From Longimicrobiales bacterium (lineage in GTDB: Bacteria > Gemmatimonadota > Gemmatimonadetes > Longimicrobiales > Gaopeijiaceae), in assembly GCA_963422615.1 (NCBI GenBank), contig OY730414.1, positions 310,001 through 374,000 of the forward strand: 64,000 bases of DNA, given 5' to 3'. Of the stretch, positions 50,977 to 61,892 are shown one piece after another. Below the pieces are notes generated by a model. That model was not told the DNA's origin, ran no database searches, and saw only the letters and a list, made by a program, of their open reading frames with translations. Position 1 is the stretch's first letter. Every line of letters starts with the position of its first letter. Position numbers and translations under genes: made by a program.

Positions 50977-51052
50977 CCCTCTAACGGAAGCTGGCCCGAG
51001 CAACAGCGCGTACACCCCCAAAAGGCACAAGGGCATCCCCGCGTTCATCCGG

Positions 51053-52036
51053 CTACCGTCGCCATGTCCACGCCGACGAACCGTATCGATTCTCGAGCCT
51101 CTTCGCCAGGGTTACCTCACTGTCGGTCATGGAGCCTTCCTCCCAGGTCCCGCCCAGAACTCGGGCGAACCCCAGCTTCATTGCCCGGACAAGCTGATCC
51201 CACGGCGGAACCTCCCCCAATAGCTCTCTCAAGGTCACGGGCCCCGGCGCAGACGCCGACGGCCCGGGGAGGCCGTTGTTCCCGGATTTGGCCCGGCCCA
51301 GGCCAATTCCCGCGCCATCTTGTGGTTGACCGCGGCGAACGACGGACGAAGGACGCAAAGGACCCCCCGCCCCCTCCGAGCCCACCAGGAGGGGACTCTG
51401 GTCCTGGGCAAGGAGCAAGGAGCCGTGCTGGAGCACCGCGTCTCCAATCCGCACCTGGGCGCTTCCCACCAGCTTTCGGCCCGCCACGACTACTTCTCCA
51501 CCCGCCGGTCCCATGAAGCAGGGCCCGGCCCGGAGGGGAAGCACCGGGCCCAGGTCGCTCCGGGCGTCTACCCCCAGCCGTCGCAGCCCTTCCACCAACC
51601 CCTCGTTGATTCTGTCGTAAGCTCCCCGGAGCCCTCCCAGGGCCCGAACCGGCAAGACGATGGAGTACGTCAGCTCCTCGTCGTGGATGACGGCTCTTCC
51701 GCCGGTGGGGCGACGCACTGCGCCCATTTCGGGACGGCGCCGCAGGAGTTCCCGGTACCTTACGGTCACGGGCTCGTTGCGACCGAAGGAGAGGGTCGCC
51801 CGGTCCCAACGGTAGAAGCGCACGGTCCCCCGCCCCGGTTCGGCCGAGGCCGCCAGGGCGTGATCTCGGGCCATGTTGGCAGCCCCGGGAAGCGGCTCGT
51901 CCACCAAAACCCGCCACCGCAAGGCGGCGCCCGGTTCATTCGCTTCCAAGGGACGCGGCGGCGTCCCAGGGCCGGAATGTCCCCCCACAGGTTTCGTGCT
52001 CCTAGTTCCCGACCGGACGTCAGGGGGTAAAGACAT
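51053..52036 (-). CDS. Lipoate-protein ligase A / octanoyltransferase (LipM-like)
   Basis: NMARD, RFYRW, VRRPTGGRAVIH, GRKLVGSAQ, LQHGSL. Start uncertain. Confidence 0.87.
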   Translation of the reverse strand: MSLPPDVRSGTRSTKPVGGHSGPGTPPRPLEANEPGAALRWRVLVDEPLPGAANMARDHALAASAEPGRGTVRFYRWDRATLSFGRNEPVTVRYRELLRRRPEMGAVRRPTGGRAVIHDEELTYSIVLPVRALGGLRGAYDRINEGLVEGLRRLGVDARSDLGPVLPLRAGPCFMGPAGGEVVVAGRKLVGSAQVRIGDAVLQHGSLLLAQDQSPLLVGSEGAGGPLRPSSVVRRGQPQDGAGIGLGRAKSGNNGLPGPSASAPGPVTLRELLGEVPPWDQLVRAMKLGFARVLGGTWEEGSMTDSEVTLAKRLENRYGSSAWTWRR

Positions 52037-52706
52037 CTCCCGGATCCATGACCTGGACCCGGGCCCGGTCGCTTACCAAGTCGCGGAAGCGCTCCGGATC
52101 CTGGGCAATGAGGGGCCAAGTGTTGTAGTGCATCGGGACGACGACCTCGGGCCCGATGAATGCAACAGCCTCGGCGGCGTCTTCAGGACCCATCGTGAAG
52201 TTGTCTCCGATCGGCAGGAGCGCCACGTCCACCTTTCCCCGGAGGAGCTGCATCTCCAGCAGGAGTCCCGTGTCTCCAGCGTGGTAAATCCTCTTCCCGT
52301 CCAGGTGGAGCAAAAATCCGCCCGGCGTCGTGCTGAAGCGGCCCGTCGTGTCCCCGTAGACCTGCCCTCCGTGAAGCGCCGCGGTCATCTTCACCCGACC
52401 AAAGGGAAAATCGTACCCGCCCCCGATGTGCATGGGGTGGACTTTTTCAATGCCCTGAGTCTCGGCGAAGCCTGCGATCTCGTACGTGGAGATCAAAGTG
52501 GCCTCGGTCTCCCGGGCCAGGGGGATCGCGTCCGCAAAGTGGTCCGCGTGGCCGTGAGTGCAGAGGATGTAATCCGCCCGGCCCACCTCTGCCAGCTTCA
52601 CATCCGAGATGGGATTGTCGTCGAAGAAGGGGTCGATCACGAGGCGCACCCCGTCCCCCGTCTCAACGGTGAATGTGGATTGGCCGTGGAATGTCAGTTT
52701 GGCCAC
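52020..52706 (-). CDS. Metallo-beta-lactamase-fold hydrolase (UPF0173/YtkL-like)
   Basis: IDPF, THGHADH, YHAGDTG, LPIGDNFTMG, PMHYNTW. Confidence 0.9.
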   Translation of the reverse strand: MAKLTFHGQSTFTVETGDGVRLVIDPFFDDNPISDVKLAEVGRADYILCTHGHADHFADAIPLARETEATLISTYEIAGFAETQGIEKVHPMHIGGGYDFPFGRVKMTAALHGGQVYGDTTGRFSTTPGGFLLHLDGKRIYHAGDTGLLLEMQLLRGKVDVALLPIGDNFTMGPEDAAEAVAFIGPEVVVPMHYNTWPLIAQDPERFRDLVSDRARVQVMDPGDVFTP

Positions 52707-52733
52707 GCGTCGGCTCTCCCTTCAGATTCGAGT

Positions 52734-55640
52734 CTACCCGCTTTGCGGGTCTGCCGATTCGTACACTTCCACCGGGGGGCAGGTGCAGACCAAGTTCCTG
52801 TCTCCCAGGGCGTTGTTTACCCGTCCCACGTGGGGCCAGAATTTGTGTTCCCGGAGCCAGGGCGCGGGAAAGGCGGCCTGGGTTCTGGAGTAGCCGTGGG
52901 CCCATTTGTCGGTCGTCACGGCCCGGGCCGTGTGGGGCGCGTTCTTGAGGGCGTTGTCCTTCCGGTCTCGCAGCCCCAGCTCAATCTCCTCGATTTCGCC
53001 GCGAATCGAGATGAGCGCGTCGCAAAAACGGTCCAGCTCCCCCTTGGATTCGCTTTCGGTAGGCTCGATCATGATGGTTCCAGCGACGGGGAACGCCATG
53101 GTGGGCGCGTGAAAGCCATAGTCCACCAAGCGCTTGGCGACATCTTCCTCGGTTACGCCGGCAGACTTCTTGAAGGGCCGGAGGTCCACGATGAACTCGT
53201 GGGCCACGCGGCCCTTCCCGCTCTTCCCCCGGTAGAGAATGCCGAAGTGATCCTCTAGGCGCGCCGCCATGTAGTTGGCGCTCAAGATCGCGGTGCGGGT
53301 CGCCTCCGTCACGCCGTCCCTGCCGAGCAGGGCAATGTAGGCCCACGAGATCAGGAGGATGCTCGCACTCCCCCAGGGGGCCGAAGCCACGGGCCCGATG
53401 CATCTCTCCTTCCCGGTAGGTACGACCGGGTGACCGGGAAGGTAGGGAGCCAGCTCTTCGGTCGCGCAAATGGGACCCATTCCCGGACCGCCGCCCCCGT
53501 GCGGAATGGCAAAGGTCTTGTGCAGGTTGATGTGGATCACGTCGGCCCCGTAGTCGCCCGGGCGGCACAACCCCACCTGCGCGTTCAGGTTGGCACCATC
53601 CAGGTATACGTACCCGCCGTGGCGGTGGACGATGTCGCAGACTTCGCGAATCGCTTCTTCGAAGACGCCGTGGGTGGAGGGATAGGTGACCATGACTCCA
53701 GCCAGGCGGTCTGCGTGTCTGGCGGCCTTTTCCGCCAAGTCGGCCGTATCGACGTTGCCCCGGGGGTCGCAACGGACCACAACCACCTTCATTCCCGCCA
53801 GAACCGCGCTGGCGGGGTTGGTCCCGTGGGCAGACGACGGAATCAGGCACACGTCTCGATTTCCTTCTCCCCGAGCACGGTGGCAGGCTCGGATCACCAG
53901 AAGGCCCGTGTACTCCCCTTGGGCCCCCGAGTTGGGCTGGAGGGACACCGCCGGGAGGCCGCTGATCTCGGCCAACCAGCGTTCCAGATCGGCAGCTATT
54001 TGAGCATAACCCCTCGCCTGTTCCAGGGGGGCGAAGGGGTGGATGTTCCCAAACTCGGGCCACGTTACCGGCATCATTTGGGTCGTGGCGTTCAACTTCA
54101 TGGTGCACGACCCCAAGGGGATCATACTGGTGTTCAGGGACAAGTCCCGGGACTCCAGGCGGTGAATGTACCGCAACATCTCCGTTTCCGAGTGGTGGGA
54201 GTTGAAGACGGGATGGTCCAGGTAGCCGCCGGAGCGAGCCAACGGAAACGGGTACTCGTCAGGTTCGAAGGATGCCGCCAGCTCCGCCGAAGACGCGGAC
54301 ACGCCGAAGGCGGCGAAGAGGTCATCCAGGTCGGCCGGGGTTACGGTCTCGTCCAAGGCGACGCCCAAAGACCCGTCCCCGAAGTCTCGCAGATTGATGC
54401 GAAGTTTTCGCGCCGCCCGGAGGACGGGCGCTATCCCGCCTCGGGGCCGAACCCGAAGCGTGTCGAAGTACCGTTTGTGCACGACCTCGTGGCCTGCGCT
54501 CATGACCCCACGGGCCAGGGTGGCCGTCTGCTTCCGAATCCGCTTCGCGATCCGCTTCAGCCCCTTTGGACCGTGGTAGACGGCGTACATGCCCGCCATA
54601 ACGGCAAGGAGAACCTGGGCCGTACAGATATTGGACGTCGCTCTTTCGCGGCGAATGTGCTGCTCCCGGGTCTGGAGGGCCATCCTCAGCGCCCGGTCCC
54701 CGTGACAGTCCCGGGACACGCCGATGATGCGACCCGGAAGCCGACGCTTGAACTCTTCCCGGCAGGCGATGTAGGCAGCGTGAGGCCCACCGTACCCCAT
54801 GGGAACGCCAAACCTCTGGGTGTTCCCCACCGCCACGTCGGCTCCGAACTCTCCCGGTGGGGCGAGCAGGGTCAGCGAGAGAAGGTCGGCGGCCACCACC
54901 ACCCGGCTTCCGGCATCGCGGGCCGCGCCGCACAGGTCCCGATAGTCGCAGACGGCGCCGTCCGTTGCAGGATACTGGACTAGGGCCCCGAACACGGTTT
55001 CGTTGAAGTCGAAATTCCGGCTGGGACCGACTCGCAGTTCAATCCCCAAGGGCTCCGCCCGGGTGGCGACAACCCCTATCGTCTGGGGGTGGCAATCCTG
55101 GGCAACGAGAAAAGTGTTACGGCCCTTTCGGCGTCCGCCGCCAAAGAGCATGAACATGGCTTCCGCAGCCGCCGTGCCCTCATCCAAGAGGGATGCGTTG
55201 GCGATCTCCATCCCCGTGAGGTGAATGACCGCCGTCTGAAAGTTGAGCAGGGCCTCCAGGCGGCCCTGAGCAATCTCGGCCTGGTACGGGGTATACTGAG
55301 TGTACCATCCGGGGTTCTCCAGGATGTTCCGCTGGATCACCCCGGGAACGAGGGTCCCCGAGTATCCCATCCCCAGGTAGCTGCGCCAGATTTCGTTCCC
55401 GGAGGCGATTTCCCTCATGCGCGCGACCAGCTCCGCCTCCGGAACGGCTTCCGGGATCCGAAGCGGACCTTCCAAGCGGATCGGCGCGGGCACGGTCTCC
55501 CGCATCAATTCGTCCAGGGTCTCGCAACCCACAACCTTGAGCATTTCCCGAACATCGCTTCGGCTCGGCCCCAGGTGGCGGCCTGGAAAGTCGGGAGGGT
55601 GGTGAACGGGGGTCGTCATCGGACGCTTTGCTCCCGTCAT
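52734..55640 (-). CDS. gcvP: Glycine dehydrogenase (single-chain P protein)
   Basis: [34 protein letters not shown] Lys in [20 protein letters not shown] overlap with gcvH. Confidence 0.97.
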   Translation of the reverse strand: MTGAKRPMTTPVHHPPDFPGRHLGPSRSDVREMLKVVGCETLDELMRETVPAPIRLEGPLRIPEAVPEAELVARMREIASGNEIWRSYLGMGYSGTLVPGVIQRNILENPGWYTQYTPYQAEIAQGRLEALLNFQTAVIHLTGMEIANASLLDEGTAAAEAMFMLFGGGRRKGRNTFLVAQDCHPQTIGVVATRAEPLGIELRVGPSRNFDFNETVFGALVQYPATDGAVCDYRDLCGAARDAGSRVVVAADLLSLTLLAPPGEFGADVAVGNTQRFGVPMGYGGPHAAYIACREEFKRRLPGRIIGVSRDCHGDRALRMALQTREQHIRRERATSNICTAQVLLAVMAGMYAVYHGPKGLKRIAKRIRKQTATLARGVMSAGHEVVHKRYFDTLRVRPRGGIAPVLRAARKLRINLRDFGDGSLGVALDETVTPADLDDLFAAFGVSASSAELAASFEPDEYPFPLARSGGYLDHPVFNSHHSETEMLRYIHRLESRDLSLNTSMIPLGSCTMKLNATTQMMPVTWPEFGNIHPFAPLEQARGYAQIAADLERWLAEISGLPAVSLQPNSGAQGEYTGLLVIRACHRARGEGNRDVCLIPSSAHGTNPASAVLAGMKVVVVRCDPRGNVDTADLAEKAARHADRLAGVMVTYPSTHGVFEEAIREVCDIVHRHGGYVYLDGANLNAQVGLCRPGDYGADVIHINLHKTFAIPHGGGGPGMGPICATEELAPYLPGHPVVPTGKERCIGPVASAPWGSASILLISWAYIALLGRDGVTEATRTAILSANYMAARLEDHFGILYRGKSGKGRVAHEFIVDLRPFKKSAGVTEEDVAKRLVDYGFHAPTMAFPVAGTIMIEPTESESKGELDRFCDALISIRGEIEEIELGLRDRKDNALKNAPHTARAVTTDKWAHGYSRTQAAFPAPWLREHKFWPHVGRVNNALGDRNLVCTCPPVEVYESADPQSG

Positions 55641-56029
55641 TACTCGCTGATGTGGGCTTCGTAGCTCGCCCCGTCCATCAGTCCTTCCACTTCCGAAGGA
55701 TCGTGGACGCGCAACTGGATCATCCAACCTTCCCCATAAGGATCCGTGTTGACGAGGGCCGGATCGTCGTCAAGGGCGGCGTTGACGTCAACGACCTCGC
55801 CCGCCAGAGGGCAGTAGAGGTCACTCACAGCCTTCACCGCCTCGATGACCCCGAAAGTATCCATATGGGCGAAGGAATCACCGGGCTCGGGAAGCTCCAC
55901 GTAGACCACGTCACCCAGTTCGCCCTGGGCGTAGTCCGTGATCCCAACAAAGAACACGCCGGGATTTTCGGACTCCCTGAGGTACTCGTGTTCTGTGGTG
56001 TACCTGAGTCCTTCGGGGATTTCGGACAT
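55640..56029 (-). CDS. gcvH: Glycine cleavage system H protein
   Basis: [19 protein letters not shown], lipoyl Lys in [18 protein letters not shown] 56029 behind GGAG. Confidence 0.97.
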   Translation of the reverse strand: MSEIPEGLRYTTEHEYLRESENPGVFFVGITDYAQGELGDVVYVELPEPGDSFAHMDTFGVIEAVKAVSDLYCPLAGEVVDVNAALDDDPALVNTDPYGEGWMIQLRVHDPSEVEGLMDGASYEAHISE

Positions 56030-56480
56030 TACGATCTCCGGTGGGTTCGGTCGGTCAAGGCTAGCTCGAAGCGAGAATAAAAATGCCTCCCGCAGCCGGG
56101 GCGTCAACCCGGCGCCCGAGGAGCATCTCGCCTGCCAACCGGCTGCCATCCTCTATGGGGATCACCCCGTAGCGTCCGAGACCGCCCAGGTGCGCCTGGA
56201 GTCGAGACGGAGACGGAACCCCGATTAGGCGAAGTGGAGGACGCGAACCAGCATTACGTGCGCGCCGTCGAAGCCGGAGCCCATGCCGGTCGGGTCGCGG
56301 ACAGGACGGGCGCCCCGGGAGCCGCGGTCTGCTGGCAGAGGCCCGCTCGGATGCTCCTCAAAGCCCGGTGTCCGGCAATGCGAAACTTGTTTCCGCAAGT
56401 TAGATTATTCTTCCGCTCGGACTCCCGTCCGGAAAAAAACGCTCCCGAATCACTGACGCCGCTGCACCCTTGGAGAAGGT

Positions 56481-57644
56481 ATGGCTACGCTGGCCCATCC
56501 TCCCGCGCTTACGTCCCTTACCGAAGATGAGGCCATGTTTCGCGAAGCCGCGCGCGAGTTCGCCGAGTCGGAGGTGGCACCTCGAGTGGCCCGAATGGAC
56601 GCCGGGGAGGAAATCGATTCCGAGCTCATCTCCCTGCTGTTCCAGCTGGGCTTCATGGGCATCGAAATTCCGGAACAGTATGGGGGCACAGGCAGCTCTT
56701 TCTTTACCGCCATCCTCGTTGTGGAGGAGCTGTCGCGGGTCGATCCGTCCGTCGGGGTTCTGGTCGACGTTCAGAATACCCTGGTCCTCAATGCCTTGCT
56801 TCGGTGGGGAACCCCCAAACAGCTGAACCGTTACCTTCCCGACCTGGCCACGGGCACCGTCGGTGCGTACGCCCTCTCCGAGGCAGGGAGCGGGTCCGAC
56901 GCCTTCGCCCTTGCCCTTCGGGCCGTCCCCGACGGCAGCGACTGGATTCTCAACGGGCGGAAGATGTGGATCACCAACGGTGCCGAAGCCGGACTCTTCA
57001 TCGTCTTCGGGACCATTGATCCGGGGCTGGGCTACAAGGGGATCACGGCCTTTCTCGTCAAGCGTGACGCACCCGGGTTCTCGATTGGAAAGAAAGAGGA
57101 CAAGCTCGGCATTCGCGCCTCTTCGACAACCGAGTTGGTGCTGGACGACGTGCCTGTCGCTGCGGAAGATGTTCTGGGAGAGGTGGGCATGGGCTATCGG
57201 GTGGCCATCGAAACCCTGAACGAGGGACGAATCGGGATCGGGGCCCAGATGGTGGGGCTTGCCCAGGGGGCATTCGACCACACGCTTCGGTACGTCCAGG
57301 AGCGAGAGCAGTTCGGATACCCGATTGCGTCCTTCCAGGGGGTCCAGTTCCAGCTGGCCGAAATGGCCATCAAAATCGAAGCAGCCCGCCTGATGGTGTA
57401 CAACGCGGCTCGCATGAAGGACAGGGGCGCTTCCTTCCTTCGAGAATCCGCCATGGCCAAGTTCTTGGCGGGCAGGACCGCCCAAGAGGTCTCATCCCTC
57501 TGCATCGACCTGCACGGCGGCTACGGATTCACCCGTGAGTACCCCGTCGAGAAGTTGTATCGCGACGCCAAGATCGGTACGATCTATGAGGGGACCGACA
57601 ACATGCAGCTTCAGACCATTGCGAAGGATTTGCTCCGTGGATAG
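56481..57644 (+). CDS. Short/branched-chain acyl-CoA dehydrogenase
   Basis: YALSEAGSGSDA, GRKMWITNG, KLGIRASST, LNEGRIGI, REQFG, GGYGF, IYEGT. Confidence 0.94.
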   Translation: MATLAHPPALTSLTEDEAMFREAAREFAESEVAPRVARMDAGEEIDSELISLLFQLGFMGIEIPEQYGGTGSSFFTAILVVEELSRVDPSVGVLVDVQNTLVLNALLRWGTPKQLNRYLPDLATGTVGAYALSEAGSGSDAFALALRAVPDGSDWILNGRKMWITNGAEAGLFIVFGTIDPGLGYKGITAFLVKRDAPGFSIGKKEDKLGIRASSTTELVLDDVPVAAEDVLGEVGMGYRVAIETLNEGRIGIGAQMVGLAQGAFDHTLRYVQEREQFGYPIASFQGVQFQLAEMAIKIEAARLMVYNAARMKDRGASFLRESAMAKFLAGRTAQEVSSLCIDLHGGYGFTREYPVEKLYRDAKIGTIYEGTDNMQLQTIAKDLLRG

Positions 57645-57725
57645 GCCGGAAGTCGTCCGGCCGGGTCCCCAAGGTCACCGGACCGCTAGCTCCGAAGGGG
57701 AGCGAAGGGGTCGGAAGGAGGATTC

Positions 57726-57905
57726 GTGCCTTCGATAGGTCCCGTCGAAATTCTCTTCGTCATCGCAATTTTGGTCGTGACCGTCGGTGCCAAGCGCATT
57801 CCGGACATCGCCCGGGGCATGGGGTCCGGCATACGGAACTTCAAGGGGTCGCTCCGCGCGGGCAGCAGGGACGATTCCAGGGGCGGTGACGAGCCGGACG
57901 CCTGA
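57726..57905 (+). CDS. tatA: Twin-arginine translocase TatA/TatE subunit (59 aa)
   Basis: Not in the ORF track. GTG behind GAAGGAGG; translation MPSIGPVEILFVIAILVVTVGAKRIPDIARGMGSGIRNFKGSLRAGSRDDSRGGDEPDA. Confidence 0.9.
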   Translation: MPSIGPVEILFVIAILVVTVGAKRIPDIARGMGSGIRNFKGSLRAGSRDDSRGGDEPDA

Positions 57906-59106
57906 GAACCCGGACCGGCAGAAGCTGACCGAAGAAGGGACGGGCAGAAAAAAGCACCTGGTCATCCTCTTCTTGACGGTGTTGGTTGATCTCGTCGGCT
58001 TCGGGATCGTCCTTCCGCTTTTGCCGCTTTACGCGCGGGATTTCGGGGCCGGGGGCCTCCTCGTCGGCCTGCTGGTCACCGTCTATTCTTTGGTTCAGCT
58101 CTTCATGGCTCCGCTGTGGGGACGGCTCTCCGACCGGGTAGGTCGCCGGCCCGTCCTCATCTTGGGGCTCGTGGGGAGTAGCTTGGCCTATTGGGTCTTT
58201 GCCCAAGCAGACTCCCTGGCCATGCTGTTCATATCCCGCGTCATCGGGGGGATCGGCGGATCTACGATCCCCGTAGCCCAAGCCTACGTCGCCGACGTGA
58301 CGGCTCCTTCTGCCAGGGCGGGGAATATGGGACTCATCGGCGCCGCCTTTGGGCTCGGGTTCGTGATCGGCCCAGCGGTGGGGGGGATTCTAGCCGACAT
58401 GTCACCCGGCTCCCCCTCCGCTCCCGGATACGCCGCCGCCACCTTGTGCCTTGGCAATGCCCTGGCCGCCCTGCTGTGGTTGCCGGAATCCCGGGCTGCC
58501 GGCACCACTGCCAGGACGCCCCGCTTCAACTTCCGGGTAGCCTTCAAGGAGGTCGTGTCTTCGAGCCAGATCCGGATCGTCCTGGCGGCCTACCTTTGCA
58601 TTACCATGGCATTCTCCACCCTCCAGCCCACCCTTTCTCTGCTGGCTTCTGAGCGCTTCGCTTCGGGAACCCGGCAGACGGGCTACCTCTTTGCCCTGTT
58701 GGGGGTCGTCTCCGTGATCGTTCAAGGGGGCCTGGTCCGCAAGGCGGTCCCCCGGATCGGGGAGCGCCGGCTCTTCCTCTTCAGCGCCGCCCCCTTCGGG
58801 CTGGGCTTGTTGCTCACGGGATGGTCTCCCGTTGCGCCCGTTCTGCTGGTCGGCTTGGTTCTCATCGGCATCGGCTACGGCGGTGCCGTCCCGAGCATCC
58901 TGGGTCTCCTTTCTCGAGCGGCGGATCCGCGGCGCCAGGGGGCCGTTCTTGGAATCGGACAGAGTACGGGGGCCCTGGCTCGGGTCATTGGGCCTACCAT
59001 GGCGGGGGGCCTCTTCGACGTGGACGTCGCTTTGCCCTACCTCGCGGGAGCGGCCCTGATCCTGGCCGGGGGCCTCGTGTGCAGCCGCGTCGGGCAACCG
59101 GAATGA
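57886..59106 (+). CDS. MFS efflux transporter (TetA/DHA1-like)
   Basis: DLVGFGIVLPLLP, motif A GRLSDRVGRR, motif C GLGFVIGPAVGG; about 12 TM segments. Start uncertain (GTG 57886). Confidence 0.9.
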   Translation: MTSRTPENPDRQKLTEEGTGRKKHLVILFLTVLVDLVGFGIVLPLLPLYARDFGAGGLLVGLLVTVYSLVQLFMAPLWGRLSDRVGRRPVLILGLVGSSLAYWVFAQADSLAMLFISRVIGGIGGSTIPVAQAYVADVTAPSARAGNMGLIGAAFGLGFVIGPAVGGILADMSPGSPSAPGYAAATLCLGNALAALLWLPESRAAGTTARTPRFNFRVAFKEVVSSSQIRIVLAAYLCITMAFSTLQPTLSLLASERFASGTRQTGYLFALLGVVSVIVQGGLVRKAVPRIGERRLFLFSAAPFGLGLLLTGWSPVAPVLLVGLVLIGIGYGGAVPSILGLLSRAADPRRQGAVLGIGQSTGALARVIGPTMAGGLFDVDVALPYLAGAALILAGGLVCSRVGQPE

Positions 59107-59909
59107 GACCCTTGAACAACCCCGACGAATCCCGGGAAGCCACCAAGTTGGCGTGGTCCGAGCCACCGGTGCCCAAGCCGACAATCGTCCTCCATGAGCC
59201 CCAGGATATGGTCAACATTGCCGGAGCCGTCAGGGCCATGGCCAACATGGGCCTCCCCCGGCTGACGGTCGTGAATCCCGCCGAATTCGACCCTTGGCGG
59301 ATTACTGGAATCGCCCACCGCACCCAAGACATCGTTGCCGGGGCTCAACATGCGGCGTCTCTGGAAGAAGCCCTCGCCGACGCCGTCTACGTGGTCGGGA
59401 CCTCGGCCCGGAGTCGGACCGCCCGCAGGAACTACCAGCGTCCCAGGGAGTTGGCACCTCGCATCCTGCGGCGGGCCCAGGAAGGGACTGTCGCCGTTGT
59501 CTTCGGGCGGGAAGACCGGGGACTCTCCAACAAAGACCTGGACTTGTGCCAAGACGTTCTGGTCATCCCGACAACCACAGAGCATTCCTCCTTGAACTTG
59601 GCCCACGCCGTCCTACTGGTGGCCTACGAACTCTTCCTCGTTCAAGGTGGAGGGAACCAGAACCAGCCGCTCCCGAAGGGGAAACGCTCCCTGGGTCCGG
59701 CCTCGGTAGGAGAACTGGAGGAAATGTATCGGGCCCTGGAGGCCGGTCTTGAACGGATCGACTTCTTCAAGGCCCGCAAAGCCGAGAGCGTGATGCGGGT
59801 GCTGCGAACCGTGTTCAGCCGCACGACCCTGGACGCCCACGAAGCTCGGCTCGTGAGGTCGGTCGGGTACGAAGTGCGAAACTACGCGGAACGGGCAGAA
59901 CGCCCCTGA
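59103..59909 (+). CDS. SPOUT RNA methyltransferase, TrmJ/LasT family
   Basis: NIAGAVRAMANMG, VGTSAR, VFGREDRGL, SLNLAHAV; ATGA overlap with the MFS gene. Confidence 0.9.
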   Translation: MRPLNNPDESREATKLAWSEPPVPKPTIVLHEPQDMVNIAGAVRAMANMGLPRLTVVNPAEFDPWRITGIAHRTQDIVAGAQHAASLEEALADAVYVVGTSARSRTARRNYQRPRELAPRILRRAQEGTVAVVFGREDRGLSNKDLDLCQDVLVIPTTTEHSSLNLAHAVLLVAYELFLVQGGGNQNQPLPKGKRSLGPASVGELEEMYRALEAGLERIDFFKARKAESVMRVLRTVFSRTTLDAHEARLVRSVGYEVRNYAERAERP

Positions 59910-61204
59910 TCCCCGGCGGGCTGGGACGTCTCCGCCTCCAGCGGCTCCGGGTCCACCGGAGGCTGCCAGATCTGGAGCATCGGGAACGTGCTCAGAAACC
60001 ATCGCACGGACATAAGGAACAGCCCCAGAAACCCAAGCCCGATCAGTAAAGGATGGATCGTGAACGCCGGGTCTCCCTCATGGTGTAGGGAGGGGAAGAT
60101 GAGCATGTAGTGCCAGAGCCAGAGGCCGGCCAGCACCACGACGGCAAAGGCTTGAAGGATCCGCGATGTCTTTTTCGGGCGCGCCCCCAGCAACCCCGCG
60201 AAGGGCACTACAAAGCACAAAACGATGACCAGCACCGAAAGCCCGCCCCACGGCTCCCCCGCCCTGGTGTTCACCCAAGCCTGCTCCCAGGGGAGCTTTC
60301 CGTACCAGATGACCAGATACTGGGACCAGAAGAGGTAGGTCCAGAAGACTGTGAAGGCAAAGGTGAGCTTCCCCAAGTCCCACAACACGGAGGTGCCGAT
60401 GTGTTTGGCAAAGGCCGGATCGGTTCCCTTGAGCCACACGGCAGCCACCGCGGTCGCGGCAAGACCACCCCAAAAAGCACCCATGAAGAACCACCCGCCG
60501 AAAAGCGTCGAGAACCAGTGGGGTTCCAGCGACATGGCCCAGTCGAAAGCCAGAACGGTCATGACCACCACGTAGACCAGAACAATGACCGGCGCCATGC
60601 GGGTCATCCGATGGTAGCTCCGGTATTCCTCTTCCTCCTGGCCTGCCCATCCCCCGGTCAGGCGCTCCTTCCAACGGGACCGCACCCCACCCACCGAAGC
60701 TGTCGCGCGCCCGAGGTCGGGGCGTAACGCCAGGTACACGAACCCCAAGGCCAAGCCGAAGAGCGCGAGCACACCGACGACGTTGCGGCTTACCAGGAAC
60801 GGAATGTTCAGGTAGGCCGCTTTTTTCTGCACGATCGGATCGTCGGCCATCATGGCGATCCAAGGGAAGTAGTCCTCCCGCAGTACCGCCAACATGGGAA
60901 TGAACAGGAGAAAGGCGAGGGGCAGATACGCGGCAAAGGCGTGGTGGAGGCGCCGGACCGCCCAGTTCCACTTCGCCTTCGTGATCCACGTTACCACCCC
61001 TACGATCACACCCCCCAGGGAAATGGAGGCGAAATAGTTCCAACTGACGACGTACGACTTCCACGCCAGGGCAGGATCCCGAAAGAGGGTCGCAAAGAAA
61101 GAGACCCCGCCGATGAGGACCATGGCCCCGAAAAGGGCCGTCTCCGTTCCCGTCCGTTTCAGGTACCGGAGGGGAATCTCCGAGGGGATCGTGGGGCGGC
61201 TCAC
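59882..61204 (-). CDS. actF: Alternative complex III membrane subunit ActF-like
   Basis: YLNIPF..R, DWAMSLEPHWFSTLFG, DLGKL.FAF..FWTYL..SQYLVIWYG.LP.E; follows actE. Confidence 0.85.
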   Translation of the reverse strand: MSRPTIPSEIPLRYLKRTGTETALFGAMVLIGGVSFFATLFRDPALAWKSYVVSWNYFASISLGGVIVGVVTWITKAKWNWAVRRLHHAFAAYLPLAFLLFIPMLAVLREDYFPWIAMMADDPIVQKKAAYLNIPFLVSRNVVGVLALFGLALGFVYLALRPDLGRATASVGGVRSRWKERLTGGWAGQEEEEYRSYHRMTRMAPVIVLVYVVVMTVLAFDWAMSLEPHWFSTLFGGWFFMGAFWGGLAATAVAAVWLKGTDPAFAKHIGTSVLWDLGKLTFAFTVFWTYLFWSQYLVIWYGKLPWEQAWVNTRAGEPWGGLSVLVIVLCFVVPFAGLLGARPKKTSRILQAFAVVVLAGLWLWHYMLIFPSLHHEGDPAFTIHPLLIGLGFLGLFLMSVRWFLSTFPMLQIWQPPVDPEPLEAETSQPAGDQGRSARSA

Positions 61205-61205
61205 G

Positions 61206-61892
61206 TCAGTTCGCCGGAACGATGCCCTGGAGCTGGCGCACGTAGTTCACGATGTGCCACCGGTCGTAGTGGCCAATCTGGTGGCCGTAGGCGGGCATCA
61301 GGCCCCGGCCGACCCGAATCATCCCATAGATGTACCCGTCGCTTCGGGCCAAGGCGGCTTCGCCCCGGAGCGGATAGGCCTGCATGGCCGGATGAACTTC
61401 GAAGATGTACCCCGTCGTTCCAGCCCCATCGGGACCGTGACAGACGATACAGACGCGCTCATACAACGCTTCTCCCCGGGCGAGCGACCGGGCCGAAGGA
61501 GCCACGGGATTGATCAGCCCATCCACCACCTCGGGACGATTGGTCAAATCCAGCTGGGTAAAGGGGGGAGGAACGTCGGGGCTTCCCGCAGGCTGGCCCA
61601 CGTTGATTTCAAAGGGGGCCTGCGGATAGTTCCCCGCCGAAAAGGGAATCGCACCCTCGGGGGGCAACAACGGATTTTCGTACGGGTCGAAGGACCGCTG
61701 GTCCCGCATACTTCTACCGAAGACGGCGACCATCAAGTCGTCCACGGGCGTACAGGCGCTTGAACCGACTCCGGCCAGAAGCAAAACCACCGCTGTGGCT
61801 GAACGGGATCGGGACTTGCGAACACCCGAAGGAAAGGGTCGGATCCGTCGCCTCCCGGCCAAGGTGCCCTTTCGTCCCGATTCAGACATCAA
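61206..61892 (-). CDS. actE: Alternative complex III monoheme cytochrome c lipoprotein ActE-like
   Basis: Lipobox-like GSSAC, MRDQ..FDPYE, CIVCHG, GRGLMPAYG, DRWHIVNYVR. Confidence 0.85.
   Translation of the reverse strand: MMSESGRKGTLAGRRRIRPFPSGVRKSRSRSATAVVLLLAGVGSSACTPVDDLMVAVFGRSMRDQRSFDPYENPLLPPEGAIPFSAGNYPQAPFEINVGQPAGSPDVPPPFTQLDLTNRPEVVDGLINPVAPSARSLARGEALYERVCIVCHGPDGAGTTGYIFEVHPAMQAYPLRGEAALARSDGYIYGMIRVGRGLMPAYGHQIGHYDRWHIVNYVRQLQGIVPAN

Noticed and set aside
56030..56480. Glycine riboswitch upstream of gcvH, and short ORF 56234-56530
   Set aside because: The GGAGA...CCGAAG...CTCTCAGG aptamer signature was not found on the minus strand. The short ORF has no recognisable motif and overlaps the ACAD start.
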